From Auanema rhodensis (Eukaryota > Animalia > Nematoda): a stretch of DNA of 64,000 nucleotides. Position numbers and translations under genes: made by a program. Shown piece by piece: positions 33,201 to 48,200 of this stretch. Location: contig OZ059896.1 of assembly GCA_964057225.1 (NCBI GenBank), positions 5,642,001 to 5,706,000 on the forward strand, in the 5' to 3' direction. The stretch's first letter is position 1. The number at the start of each line of letters is the position of its first letter. The notes below the pieces were generated by a model, which saw nothing but the letters and a program-made list of their open reading frames with translations, was not told where the DNA came from and made no database searches.

Positions 33201-36200
33201 AGTGTATGTTGAGTTTCCATGTACACTCAAAATTGCTTCCAAAAACATTTTGACAAAAATTTTTTCGAAAAATTTCAAAATAATTTAGCAAAAAGTAGAT
33301 GTTTCTAGATTCCTTTTTTCAAGGCAAAAACGATGGACAATGTTATTCAACGAAAAAATTAATTCTTCAGGGTGAAAATCGAGGATATAGGTGTGAACAT
33401 ATATCAGTTGATATCTCGGTGCATTTTTAAGCTAGCGCAAATCTGATAGTACAGATCGACGCAGCTTAAAAATCCGCATCGAATGCACTAAACTACATTG
33501 AGAAAAGCTTAATACAAAAATTAGTTATGATCGTTTGAAAAATGATGCATTAGTGTATGTTGAGTTTCCATGTACACTCAAAATTGCTTCCAAAAACATT
33601 TTGACAAAACTTTTTTCGAAAAATTTCAAAATAATTTAGCAAAAAGTAGATGTTTCTAGATTCCTTTTTTCAAGGCAAAAACGATGGACAATGTTATTCA
33701 ACGAAAAAAATTAATTCTTCAGGGTGAAAATCGAAGATATAGGTGTGAACATATATCAGTTGATATCTCGGTGCATTTTTAAGCTAGCGCAAATCTGATA
33801 ACACAGATCTACGCAGCTTAAAAATCCGCATCGAATGCACTAAACTACATTGAGAAACGCTTAATACAAAAATTAGTTATGATCGTTTGAAAAATGATGC
33901 ATTAGTGTATGTTGAGTTTCCATGTACACTCAAAATTGCTTCCAAAAACATTTTGACAAAAATTTTTTCGAAAAATTTCAAAATAATTTAGCAAAAAGTA
34001 GATGTTTCTAGATTCCTTTTTTCAAGGCAAAAACGATGGACAATGTTATTCAACGAAAAAATTAATTCTTCAGGGTGAAAATCGAGGATATAGGTGTGAA
34101 CATATATCAGTTGATATCTCGGTGCATTTTTAAGCTAGCGCAAATCTGATAGTACAGATCGACGCAGCTTAAAAATCCGCATCGAATGCACTAAACTACA
34201 TTGAGAAAAGCTTAATACAAAAATTAGTTATGATCGTTTGAAAAATGATGCATTAGTGTATGTTGAGTTTCCATGTACACTCAAAATTGCTTCCAAAAAC
34301 ATTTTGACAAAAATTTTTTCCAAAAATTTCAAAATAATTTAGCAAAAGGTAGATGTTTTTAGATTCCTTTTTTCAAGGCAAAAACGATGGACAATGTTAT
34401 TCAACGAAAAAATTAATTCTTCAGGGTGAAAATCGAGGATATAAGTGTGAACATATATCAGTTGATATCTCGGTGCATTTTTAAGCTAGCGCAAATCTGA
34501 TAGTACAGATCGACGCAGCTTAAAAATCCGCATCGAATGCACTAAACTACATTGAGAAAAGCTTAATACAAAAATTAGTTATGATCGTTTGAAAAATGAT
34601 GCATTAGTGTATGTTGAGTTTCCATGTACACTCAAAATTGCTTCCAAAAACATTTTGACAAAAATTTTTTCGAAAAATTTCAAGATAATTTAGCAAAAAG
34701 TAGATGTTTTTAGATTCCTTTTTTCAAGGCAAAAACGATGGACAATGTTATTCAACGAAAAAATTAATTCTTCAGGGTGAAAATCGAGGATATAAGTGTG
34801 AACTTATATCAGTTGATATCTCGGTGCATTTTCAAGCTAGCGCAAATCTGATAGTACAGATCGACGCAGCTTAAAAATCCGCATCGAATGCACTGAACTA
34901 CATTGAGAAAAGCTTAATACAAAAATTAGTTATGATCGTTTGAAAAATGATGCATTAGTGTATGTTGAGTTTCCATGTACACTCAAAATTGCTTCCAAAA
35001 ACATTTTGACAAAACTTTTTTCGAAAAATTTCAAAATAATTTAGCAAAAAGTAGATGTTTCTAGATTCCTTTTTTCAAGGCAAAAACGATGGACAATGTT
35101 ATTCAACGAAAAAATTAATTCTTCAGGGTGAAAATCGAAGATATAGGTGTGAACATATATCAGTTGATATCTCGGTGCATTTTCAAGCTAGCGCAAATCT
35201 GATAGTACAGATCGACGCAGCTTAAAAATCCGCATCGAATGCACCATACTACATTGAGAAACGCTTAATACAAAAATTAGTTATGATCGTTTGAAAAATG
35301 ATGCATTAGTGTATGTTGAGTTTCCATGTACACTCAAAATTGCTTCCAAAAACATTTTGACAAAAATTTTTTCGAAAAATTTCAAAATAATTTAGCAAAA
35401 AGTAGATGTTTTTAGATTCCTTTTTTCAAGGCAAAAACGATGGACAATGTTATTCAACGAAAAAATTAATTCTTCAGGGTGAAAATCGAAGATATAGGTG
35501 TGAACATATATCAGTTGATATCTCGGTGCATTTTTAAGCTAGCGCAAATCTGATAACACAGATCTACGCAGCTTAAAAATCCGCATCGAATGCACTAAAC
35601 TACATTAAGAAAAGCTTAATACAAAAATTAGTTATGATCGTTTGAAAAATGATGCATTAGTGTATGTTGAGTTTCCATGTACACTCAAAATTGCTTCCAA
35701 AAACATTTTGACAAAAATTTTTTCGAAAAATTTCAAGATAATTTAGCAAAAAGTAGATGTTTTTAGATTCCTTTTTTCAAGGCAAAAACGATGGACAATG
35801 TTATTCAACGAAAAAATTAATTCTTCAGGGTGAAAATCGAGGATATAAGTGTGAACTTATATCAGTTGATATCTCGGTGCATTTTTAAGCTAGCGCAAAT
35901 CTGATAGTACAGATCGACGCAGCTTAAAAATCCGCATCGAATGCACTAAACTACATTGAGAAAAGCTTAATACAAAAATTAGTTATGATCGTTTGAAAAA
36001 TGATGCATTAGTGTATGTTGAGTTTCCATGTACACTCAAAATTGCTTCCAAAAACATTTTGACAAAAATTTTTTCGAAAAATTTCAAGATAATTTAGCAA
36101 AAAGTAGATGTTTTTAGATTCCTTTTTTCAAGGCAAAAACGATGGACAATGTTATTCAACGAAAAAATTAATTCTTCAGGGTGAAAATCGAGGATATAAG

Positions 36201-39200
36201 TGTGAACTTATATCAGTTGATATCTCGGTGCATTTTCAAGCTAGCGCAAATCTGATAGTACAGATCGACGCAGCTTAAAAATCCGCATCGAATGCACTGA
36301 ACTACATTGAGAAAAGCTTAATACAAAAATTAGTTATGATCGTTTGAAAAATGATGCATTAGTGTATGTTGAGTTTCCATGTACACTCAAAATTGCTTCC
36401 AAAAACATTTTGACAAAACTTTTTTCGAAAAATTTCAAAATAATTTAGCAAAAAGTAGATGTTTCTAGATTCCTTTTTTCAAGGCAAAAACGATGGACAA
36501 TGTTATTCAACGAAAAAATTAATTCTTCAGGGTGAAAATCGAGGATATAGGTGTGAACTTATATCAGTTGATATCTCGGTGCATTTTTAAGCTAGCGCAA
36601 ATCTGATAACACAGATCTACGCAGCTTAAAAATCCGCATCGAATGCACTAAACTACATTGAGAAAAGCTTAATACAAAAATTAGTTATGATCGTTTGAAA
36701 AATGATGCATTAGTGTATGTTGAGTTTCCATGTACACTCAAAATTGCTTCCAAAAACATTTTGACAAAACTTTTTTCGAAAAATTTCAAAATAATTTAGC
36801 AAAAAGTAGATGTTTCTAGATTCCTTTTTTCAAGGCAAAAACGATGGACAATGTTATTCAACGAAAAAAATTAATTCTTCAGGGTGAAAATCGAAGATAT
36901 AGGTGTGAACATATATCAGTTGATATCTCGGTGCATTTTTAAGCTAGCGCAAATCTGATAACACAGATCTACGCAGCTTAAAAATCCGCATCGAATGCAC
37001 TAAACTACATTAAGAAAAGCTTAATACAAAAATTAGTTATGATCGTTTGAAAAATGATGCATTAGTGTATGTTGAGTTTCCATGTACACTCAAAATTGCT
37101 TCCAAAAACATTTTGACAAAACTTTTTTCGAAAAATTTCAAAATAATTTAGCAAAAAGTAGATGTTTCTAGATTCCTTTTTTCAAGGCAAAAACGATGGA
37201 CAATGTTATTCAACGAAAAAATTAATTCTTCAGGGTGAAAATCGAGGATATAAGTGTGAACATATATCAGTTGATATCTCGGTGCATTTTTAAGCTAGCG
37301 CAAATCTGATAGTACAGATCGACGCAGCTTAAAAATCCGCATCGAATGCACTAAACTACATTGAGAAACGCTTAATACAAAAATTAGTTATGATCGTTTG
37401 AAAAATGATGCATTAGTGTATGTTGAGTTTCCATGTACACTCAAAATTGCTTCCAAAAACATTTTGACAAAAATTTTTTCGAAAAATTTCAAAATAATTT
37501 AGCAAAAAGTAGATGTTTCTAGATTCCTTTTTTCAAGGCAAAAACGATGGACAATGTTATTCAACGAAAAAATTAATTCTTCAGGGTGAAAATCGAGGAT
37601 ATAGGTGTGAACATATATCAGTTGATATCTCGGTGCATTTTTAAGCTAGCGCAAATCTGATAGTACAGATCGACGCAGCTTAAAAATCCGCATCGAATGC
37701 ACTAAACTACATTGAGAAAAGCTTAATACAAAAATTAGTTATGATCGTTTGAAAAATGATGCATTAGTGTATGTTGAGTTTCCATGTACACTCAAAATTG
37801 CTTCCAAAAACATTTTGACAAAACTTTTTTCGAAAAATTTCAAAATAATTTAGCAAAAAGTAGATGTTTCTAGATTCCTTTTTTCAAGGCAAAAACGATG
37901 GACAATGTTATTCAACGAAAAAAATTAATTCTTCAGGGTGAAAATCGAAGATATAGGTGTGAACATATATCAGTTGATATCTCGGTGCATTTTTAAGCTA
38001 GCGCAAATCTGATAACACAGATCTACGCAGCTTAAAAATCCGCATCGAATGCACTAAACTACATTGAGAAACGCTTAATACAAAAATTAGTTATGATCGT
38101 TTGAAAAATGATGCATTAGTGTATGTTGAGTTTCCATGTACACTCAAAATTGCTTCCAAAAACATTTTGACAAAAATTTTTTCGAAAAATTTCAAAATAA
38201 TTTAGCAAAAAGTAGATGTTTCTAGATTCCTTTTTTCAAGGCAAAAACGATGGACAATGTTATTCAACGAAAAAATTAATTCTTCAGGGTGAAAATCGAG
38301 GATATAGGTGTGAACATATATCAGTTGATATCTCGGTGCATTTTTAAGCTAGCGCAAATCTGATAGTACAGATCGACGCAGCTTAAAAATCCGCATCGAA
38401 TGCACTAAACTACATTGAGAAAAGCTTAATACAAAAATTAGTTATGATCGTTTGAAAAATGATGCATTAGTGTATGTTGAGTTTCCATGTACACTCAAAA
38501 TTGCTTCCAAAAACATTTTGACAAAAATTTTTTCCAAAAATTTCAAAATAATTTAGCAAAAGGTAGATGTTTTTAGATTCCTTTTTTCAAGGCAAAAACG
38601 ATGGACAATGTTATTCAACGAAAAAATTAATTCTTCAGGGTGAAAATCGAGGATATAAGTGTGAACATATATCAGTTGATATCTCGGTGCATTTTTAAGC
38701 TAGCGCAAATCTGATAGTACAGATCGACGCAGCTTAAAAATCCGCATCGAATGCACTAAACTACATTGAGAAAAGCTTAATACAAAAATTAGTTATGATC
38801 GTTTGAAAAATGATGCATTAGTGTATGTTGAGTTTCCATGTACACTCAAAATTGCTTCCAAAAACATTTTGACAAAAATTTTTTCGAAAAATTTCAAGAT
38901 AATTTAGCAAAAAGTAGATGTTTTTAGATTCCTTTTTTCAAGGCAAAAACGATGGACAATGTTATTCAACGAAAAAATTAATTCTTCAGGGTGAAAATCG
39001 AGGATATAAGTGTGAACTTATATCAGTTGATATCTCGGTGCATTTTCAAGCTAGCGCAAATCTGATAGTACAGATCGACGCAGCTTAAAAATCCGCATCG
39101 AATGCACTGAACTACATTGAGAAAAGCTTAATACAAAAATTAGTTATGATCGTTTGAAAAATGATGCATTAGTGTATGTTGAGTTTCCATGTACACTCAA

Positions 39201-42200
39201 AATTGCTTCCAAAAACATTTTGACAAAACTTTTTTCGAAAAATTTCAAAATAATTTAGCAAAAAGTAGATGTTTCTAGATTCCTTTTTTCAAGGCAAAAA
39301 CGATGGACAATGTTATTCAACGAAAAAATTAATTCTTCAGGGTGAAAATCGAAGATATAGGTGTGAACATATATCAGTTGATATCTCGGTGCATTTTCAA
39401 GCTAGCGCAAATCTGATAGTACAGATCGACGCAGCTTAAAAATCCGCATCGAATGCACCATACTACATTGAGAAACGCTTAATACAAAAATTAGTTATGA
39501 TCGTTTGAAAAATGATGCATTAGTGTATGTTGAGTTTCCATGTACACTCAAAATTGCTTCCAAAAACATTTTGACAAAAATTTTTTCGAAAAATTTCAAA
39601 ATAATTTAGCAAAAAGTAGATGTTTTTAGATTCCTTTTTTCAAGGCAAAAACGATGGACAATGTTATTCAACGAAAAAATTAATTCTTCAGGGTGAAAAT
39701 CGAAGATATAGGTGTGAACATATATCAGTTGATATCTCGGTGCATTTTTAAGCTAGCGCAAATCTGATAACACAGATCTACGCAGCTTAAAAATCCGCAT
39801 CGAATGCACTAAACTACATTAAGAAAAGCTTAATACAAAAATTAGTTATGATCGTTTGAAAAATGATGCATTAGTGTATGTTGAGTTTCCATGTACACTC
39901 AAAATTGCTTCCAAAAACATTTTGACAAAACTTTTTTCGAAAAATTTCAAAATAATTTAGCAAAAAGTAGATGTTTCTAGATTCCTTTTTTCAAGGCAAA
40001 AACGATGGACAATGTTATTCAACGGAAAAATTAATTCTTCAGGGTGAAAATCGAGGATATAAGTGTGAACATATATCAGTTGATATCTCGGTGCATTTTT
40101 AAGCTAGCGCAAATCTGATAGTACAGATCGACGCAGCTTAAAAATCCGCATCGAATGCACTAAACTACATTGAGAAACGCTTAATACAAAAATTAGTTAT
40201 GATCGTTTGAAAAATGATGCATTAGTGTATGTTGAGTTTCCATGTACACTCAAAATTGCTTCCAAAAACATTTTGACAAAAATTTTTTCGAAAAATTTCA
40301 AAATAATTTAGCAAAAAGTAGATGTTTCTAGATTCCTTTTTTCAAGGCAAAAACGATGGACAATGTTATTCAACGAAAAAATTAATTCTTCAGGGTGAAA
40401 ATCGAGGATATAGGTGTGAACATATATCAGTTGATATCTCGGTGCATTTTTAAGCTAGCGCAAATCTGATAGTACAGATCGACGCAGCTTAAAAATCCGC
40501 ATCGAATGCACTAAACTACATTGAGAAAAGCTTAATACAAAAATTAGTTATGATCGTTTGAAAAATGATGCATTAGTGTATGTTGAGTTTCCATGTACAC
40601 TCAAAATTGCTTCCAAAAACATTTTGACAAAAATTTTTTCCAAAAATTTCAAAATAATTTAGCAAAAAGTAGATGTTTTTAGATTCCTTTTTTCAAGGCA
40701 AAAACGATGGACAATGTTATTCAACGAAAAAATTAATTCTTCAGGGTGAAAATCGAGGATATAAGTGTGAACATATATCAGTTGATATCTCGGTGCATTT
40801 TTAAGCTAGCGCAAATCTGATAGTACAGATCGACGCAGCTTAAAAATCCGCATCGAATGCACTAAACTACATTGAGAAAAGCTTAATACAAAAATTAGTT
40901 ATGATCGTTTGAAAAATGATGCATTAGTGTATGTTGAGTTTCCATGTACACTCAAAATTGCTTCCAAAAACATTTTGACAAAAATTTTTTCGAAAAATTT
41001 CAAGATAATTTAGCAAAAAGTAGATGTTTTTAGATTCCTTTTTTCAAGGCAAAAACGATGGACAATGTTATTCAACGAAAAAATTAATTCTTCAGGGTGA
41101 AAATCGAGGATATAAGTGTGAACTTATATCAGTTGATATCTCGGTGCATTTTCAAGCTAGCGCAAATCTGATAGTACAGATCGACGCAGCTTAAAAATCC
41201 GCATCGAATGCACTGAACTACATTGAGAAAAGCTTAATACAAAAATTAGTTATGATCGTTTGAAAAATGATGCATTAGTGTATGTTGAGTTTCCATGTAC
41301 ACTCAAAATTGCTTCCAAAAACATTTTGACAAAACTTTTTTCGAAAAATTTCAAAATAATTTAGCAAAAAGTAGATGTTTCTAGATTCCTTTTTTCAAGG
41401 CAAAAACGATGGACAATGTTATTCAACGAAAAAATTAATTCTTCAGGGTGAAAATCGAGGATATAGGTGTGAACTTATATCAGTTGATATCTCGGTGCAT
41501 TTTTAAGCTAGCGCAAATCTGATAACACAGATCTACGCAGCTTAAAAATCCGCATCGAATGCACTAAACTACATTGAGAAAAGCTTAATACAAAAATTAG
41601 TTATGATCGTTTGAAAAATGATGCATTAGTGTATGTTGAGTTTCCATGTACACTCAAAATTGCTTCCAAAAACATTTTGACAAAACTTTTTTCGAAAAAT
41701 TTCAAAATAATTTAGCAAAAAGTAGATGTTTCTAGATTCCTTTTTTCAAGGCAAAAACGATGGACAATGTTATTCAACGAAAAAATTAATTCTTCAGGGT
41801 GAAAATCGAAGATATAGGTGTGAACATATATCAGTTGATATCTCGGTGCATTTTCAAGCTAGCGCAAATCTGATAGTACAGATCGACGCAGCTTAAAAAT
41901 CCGCATCGAATGCACCATACTACATTGAGAAACGCTTAATACAAAAATTAGTTATGATCGTTTGAAAAATGATGCATTAGTGTATGTTGAGTTTCCATGT
42001 ACACTCAAAATTGCTTCCAAAAACATTTTGACAAAAATTTTTTCGAAAAATTTCAAAATAATTTAGCAAAAAGTAGATGTTTTTAGATTCCTTTTTTCAA
42101 GGCAAAAACGATGGACAATGTTATTCAACGAAAAAATTAATTCTTCAGGGTGAAAATCGAGGATATAAGTGTGAACTTATATCAGTTGATATCTCGGTGC

Positions 42201-45200
42201 ATTTTCAAGCTAGCGCAAATCTGAAAGTACAGATCGACGCAGCTTAAAAATCCGCATCGAATGCACTATACTACATTGAGAAACGCTTAATACAAAAATT
42301 AGTTATGATCGTTTGAAAAATGATGCATTAGTGTATGTTGAGTTTCCATGTACACTCAAAATTGCTTCCAAAAACATTTTGACAAAAATTTTTTCGAAAA
42401 ATTTCAAGATAATTTAGCAAAAAGTAGATGTTTTTAGATTCCTTTTTTCAAGGCAAAAACGATGGACAATGTTATTCAACGAAAAAATTAATTCTTCAGG
42501 GTGAAAATCGAGGATATAAGTGTGAACTTATATCAGTTGATATCTCGGTGCATTTTCAAGCTAGCGCAAATCTGATAGTACAGATCGACGCAGCTTAAAA
42601 ATCCGCATCGAATGCACTATACTACATTGAGAAACGCTTAGTACAAAAATTAGTTATGATCGTTTGAAAAATGATGCATTAGTGTATGTTGAGTTTCCAT
42701 GTACACTCAAAATTGCTTCCAAAAACATTTTGACAAAAATTTTTTCGAAAAATTTCAAGATAATTTAGCAACAAGTAGATGTTTTTAGATTCCTTTTTTC
42801 AAGGCAAAAACGATGGACAATGTTATTCAACGAAAAAATTAATTCTTCAGGGTGAAAATCGAGGATATAGGTGTGAACTTATATCAGTTGATATCTCGGT
42901 GCATTTTTAAGCTAGCGCAAATCTGATAACACAGATCGACGCAGCTTAAAAATCCGCATCGAATGCACTATATTACATTGAGAAAAGCTAAATACAAAAA
43001 TTAGTTATGATCGTTTGAAAAATGATGCATTAGTGTATGTTGAGTTTCCATGTACACTCAAAATTGCTTCCAAAAACATTTTGACAAAAATTTTTTCGAA
43101 AAATTTCAAGATAATTTAGCAAAAAGTAGATGTTTTTAGATTCCTTTTTTCAAGGCAAAAACGATGGACAATGTAATTCAACGAAAAAATTAATTCTTCA
43201 GGGTGAAAATCGAGGATATAAGTGTGAACTTATATCAGTTGATATCTCGGTGCATTTTCAAGCTAGCGCAAATCTGATAGTACAGATCGACGCAGCTTAA
43301 AAATCCGCATCGAATGCACTATACTACATTGAGAAACGCTTAGTACAAAAATTAGTTATGATCGTTTGAAAAATGATGCATTAGTGTATGTTGAGTTTCC
43401 ATGTACACTCAAAATTGCTTCCAAAAACATTTTGACAAAACTTTTTTCGAAAAATTTCAAAATAATTTAGCAAAAAGTAGATGTTTCTAGATCTCTTTTT
43501 TCAAGGCAAAAACGATGGACAATGTTATTCAACGAAAAAATTAATTCTTCAGGGTGAAAATCGAGGATATAAGTGTGAACTTATATCAGTTGATATCTCG
43601 GTGCATTTTTAAGCTAGCGCAAATCTGATAACACAGATCTACGCAGCTTAAAAATCCGCATCGAATGCACTAAACTACATTGAGAAAAGCTTAATACAAA
43701 AATTAGTTATGATCGTTTGAAAAATGATGCACTAGTGTATGTTGAGTTTCCATGTACACTCAAAATTGCTTCCAAAAACATTTTGACAAAAATTTTTTCC
43801 AAAAATTTCAAAATAATTTAGCAAAAAGTAGATGTTTTTAGATTCCTTTTTTCAAGGCAAAAACGATGGACAATGTTATTCAACGAAAAAATTAATTCTT
43901 CAGGGTGAAAATCGAGGATATAAGTGTGAACTTATATCAGTTGATATCTCGGTGCATTTTCAAGCTAGCGCAAATCTGATAGTACAGATCGACGCAGCTT
44001 AAAAATCCGCATCGAATGCACTATACTACATTGAGAAACGCTTAATACAAAAATTAGTCATGATCGTTTGAAAAATGATGCATTAGTGTATGTTGAGTTT
44101 CCATGTACACTCAAAATTGCTTCCAAAAACATTTTGACAAAAATTTTTTCGAAAAATTTCAAGATAATTTAGCAAAAAGTAGATGTTTTTAGATTCCTTT
44201 TTTCAAGGCAAAAACGATGGACAATGTTATTCAACGAAAAAATTAATTCTTCAGGGTGAAAATCGAGGATATAGGTGTGAACTTATATCAGTTGATATCT
44301 CGGTGCATTTTTAAGCTAGCGCAAATCTGATAACACAGATCTACGCAGCTTAAAAATCCGCATCGAATGCACTAAACTACATTGAGAAAAGCTTAATACA
44401 AAAATTAGTTATGATCGTTTGAAAAATGATGCATTAGTGTATGTTGAGTTTCCATGTACACTCAAAATTGCTTCCAAAAACATTTTGACAAAACTTTTTT
44501 CGAAAAATTTCAAAATAATTTAGCAAAAAGTAGATGTTTTTAGATTCCTTTTTTCAAGGCAAAAACGATGGACAATGTTATTCAACGAAAAAATTAATTC
44601 TTCAGGGTGAAAATCGAGGATATAGGTGTGAACTTATATCAGTTGATATCTCGGTGCATTTTCAAGCTAGCGCAAATCTGATAGTACAGATCGACGCAGC
44701 TTAAAAATCCGCATCGAATGCACTATACTACATTGAGAAACGCTTAATACAAAAATTAGTCATGATCGTTTGAAAAATGATGCATTAGTGTATGTTGAGT
44801 TTCCATGTACACTCAAAATTGCTTCCAAAAACATTTTGACAAAAATTTTTTCGAAAAATTTCAAGATAATTTAGCAAAAAGTAGATGTTTTTAGATTCCT
44901 TTTTTCAAGGCAAAAACGATGGACAATGTTATTCAACGAAAAAATTAATTCTTCAGGGTGAAAATCGAGGATATAGGTGTGAACTTATATCAGTTGATAT
45001 CTCGGTGCATTTTTAAGCTAGCGCAAATCTGATAACACAGATCTACGCAGCTTAAAAATCCGCATCGAATGCACTAAACTACATTGAGAAAAGCTTAATA
45101 CAAAAATTAGTTATGATCGTTTGAAAAATGATGCATTAGTGTATGTTGAGTTTCCATGTACACTCAAAATTGCTTCCAAAAACATTTTGACAAAACTTTT

Positions 45201-48200
45201 TTCGAAAAATTTCAAAATAATTTAGCAAAAAGTAGATGTTTTTAGATTCCTTTTTTCAAGGCAAAAACGATGGACAATGTTATTCAACGAAAAAATTAAT
45301 TCTTCAGGGTGAAAATCGAGGATATAGGTGTGAACTTATATCAGTTGATATCTCGGTGCATTTTCAAGCTAGCGCAAATCTGATAGTACAGATCGACGCA
45401 GCTTAAAAATCCGCATCGAATGCACTATACTACATTGAGAAACGCTTAATACAAAAATTAGTTATGATCGTTTGAAAAATGATGCATTAGTGTATGTTGA
45501 GTTTCCATGTACACTCAAAATTGCTTCCAAAAACATTTTGACAAAAATTTTTTCGAAAAATTTCAAGATAATTTAGCAAAAAGTAGATGTTTTTAGATTC
45601 CTTTTTTCAAGGCAAAAACGATGGACAATGTTATTCAACGAAAAAATTAATTCTTCAGGGTGAAAATCGAGGATATAAGTGTGAACTTATATCAGTTGAT
45701 ATCTCGGTGCATTTTAAGCTAGCGCAAATCTGATAGTACAGATCGACGCAGCTTAAAAATCCGCATCGAATGCACTAAACTACATTGAGAAAAGCTTAAT
45801 ACAAAAATTAGTTATGATCGTTTGAAAAATGATGCACTAGTGTATGTTGAGTTTCCATGTACACTCAAAATTGCTTCCAAAAACATTTTGACAAAAATTT
45901 TTTCCAAAAATTTCAAAATAATTTAGCAAAAAGTAGATGTTTTTAGATTGCTTTTTTCAAGGCAAAAACGATGGACAATGTAATTCAACGAAAAAATTAA
46001 TTCTTCAGGGTGAAAATCGAGGATATAAGTGTGAACTTATATCAGTTGATATCTCGGTGCATTTTCAAGCTAGCGCAAATCTGATAGTACAGATCGACGC
46101 AGCTTAAAAATCCGCATCGAATGCACTATACTACATTGAGAAACGCTTAGTACAAAAATTAGTTATGATCGTTTGAAAAATGATGCATTAGTGTATGTTG
46201 AGTTTCCATGTACACTCAAAATTGCTTCCAAAAACATTTTGACAAAAATTTTTTCGAAAAATTTCAAGATAATTTAGCAAAAAGTAGATGTTTTTAGATT
46301 GCTTTTTTCAAGGCAAAAACGATGGACAATGTAATTCAACGAAAAAATTAATTCTTCAGGGTGAAAATCGAGGATATAAGTGTGAACTTATATCAGTTGA
46401 TATCTCGGTGCATTTTCAAGCTAGCGCAAATCTGATAGTACAGATCGACGCAGCTTAAAAATCCGCATCGAATGCACTATACTACATTGAGAAACGCTTA
46501 GTACAAAAATTAGTTATGATCGTTTGAAAAATGATGCATTAGTGTATGTTGAGTTTCCATGTACACTCAAAATTGCTTCCAAAAACATTTTGACAAAAAT
46601 TTTTTCGAAAAATTTCAAGATAATTTAGCAAAAAGTAGATGTTTTTAGATTCCTTTTTTCAAGGCAAAAACGATGGACAATGTTATTCAACGAAAAAATT
46701 AATTCTTCAGGGTGAAAATCGAGGATATAGGTGTGAACTTATATCAGTTGATATCTCGGTGCATTTTTAAGCTAGCGCAAATCTGATAACACAGATCTAC
46801 GCAGCTTAAAAATCCGCATCGAATGCACTAAACTACATTGAGAAAAGCTTAATACAAAAATTAGTTATGATCGTTTGAAAAATGATGCATTAGTGTATGT
46901 TGAGTTTCCATGTACACTCAAAATTGCTTCCAAAAACATTTTGACAAAACTTTTTTCGAAAAATTTCAAAATAATTTAGCAAAAAGTAGATGTTTTTAGA
47001 TTCCTTTTTTCAAGGCAAAAACGATGGACAATGTTATTCAACGAAAAAATTAATTCTTCAGGGTGAAAATCGAGGATATAGGTGTGAACTTATATCAGTT
47101 GATATCTCGGTGCATTTTCAAGCTAGCGCAAATCTGATAGTACAGATCGACGCAGCTTAAAAATCCGCATCGAATGCACTATACTACATTGAGAAACGCT
47201 TAATACAAAAATTAGTTATGATCGTTTGAAAAATGATGCATTAGTGTATGTTGAGTTTCCATGTACACTCAAAATTGCTTCCAAAAACATTTTGACAAAA
47301 ATTTTTTCGAAAAATTTCAAGATAATTTAGCAAAAAGTAGATGTTTTTAGATTCCTTTTTTCAAGGCAAAAACGATGGACAATGTTATTCAACGAAAAAA
47401 TTAATTCTTCAGGGTGAAAATCGAGGATATAAGTGTGAACTTATATCAGTTGATATCTCGGTGCATTTTAAGCTAGCGCAAATCTGATAACACAGATCTA
47501 CGCAGCTTAAAAATCCGCATCGAATGCACTAAACTACATTGAGAAAAGCTTAATACAAAAATTAGTTATGATCGTTTGAAAAATGATGCACTAGTGTATG
47601 TTGAGTTTCCATGTACACTCAAAATTGCTTCCAAAAACATTTTGACAAAAATTTTTTCCAAAAATTTCAAAATAATTTAGCAAAAAGTAGATGTTTTTAG
47701 ATTTCTTTTTTCAAGGCAAAAACGATGGACAATGTAATTCAACGAAAAAATTAATTCTTCAGGGTGAAAATCGAGGATATAAGTGTGAACTTATATCAGT
47801 TGATATCTCGGTGCATTTTCAAGCTAGCGCAAATCTGATAGTACAGATCGACGCAGCTTAAAAATCCGCATCGAATGCACTATACTACATTGAGAAACGC
47901 TTAGTACAAAAATTAGTTATGATCGTTTGAAAAATGATGCATTAGTGTATGTTGAGTTTCCATGTACACTCAAAATTGCTTCCAAAAACATTTTGACAAA
48001 AATTTTTTCGAAAAATTTCAAGATAATTTAGCAAAAAGTAGATGTTTTTAGATTCCTTTTTTCAAGGCAAAAACGATGGACAATGTTATTCAACGAAAAA
48101 ATTAATTCTTCAGGGTGAAAATCGAGGATATAGGTGTGAACTTATATCAGTTGATATCTCGGTGCATTTTTAAGCTAGCGCAAATCTGATAACACAGATC

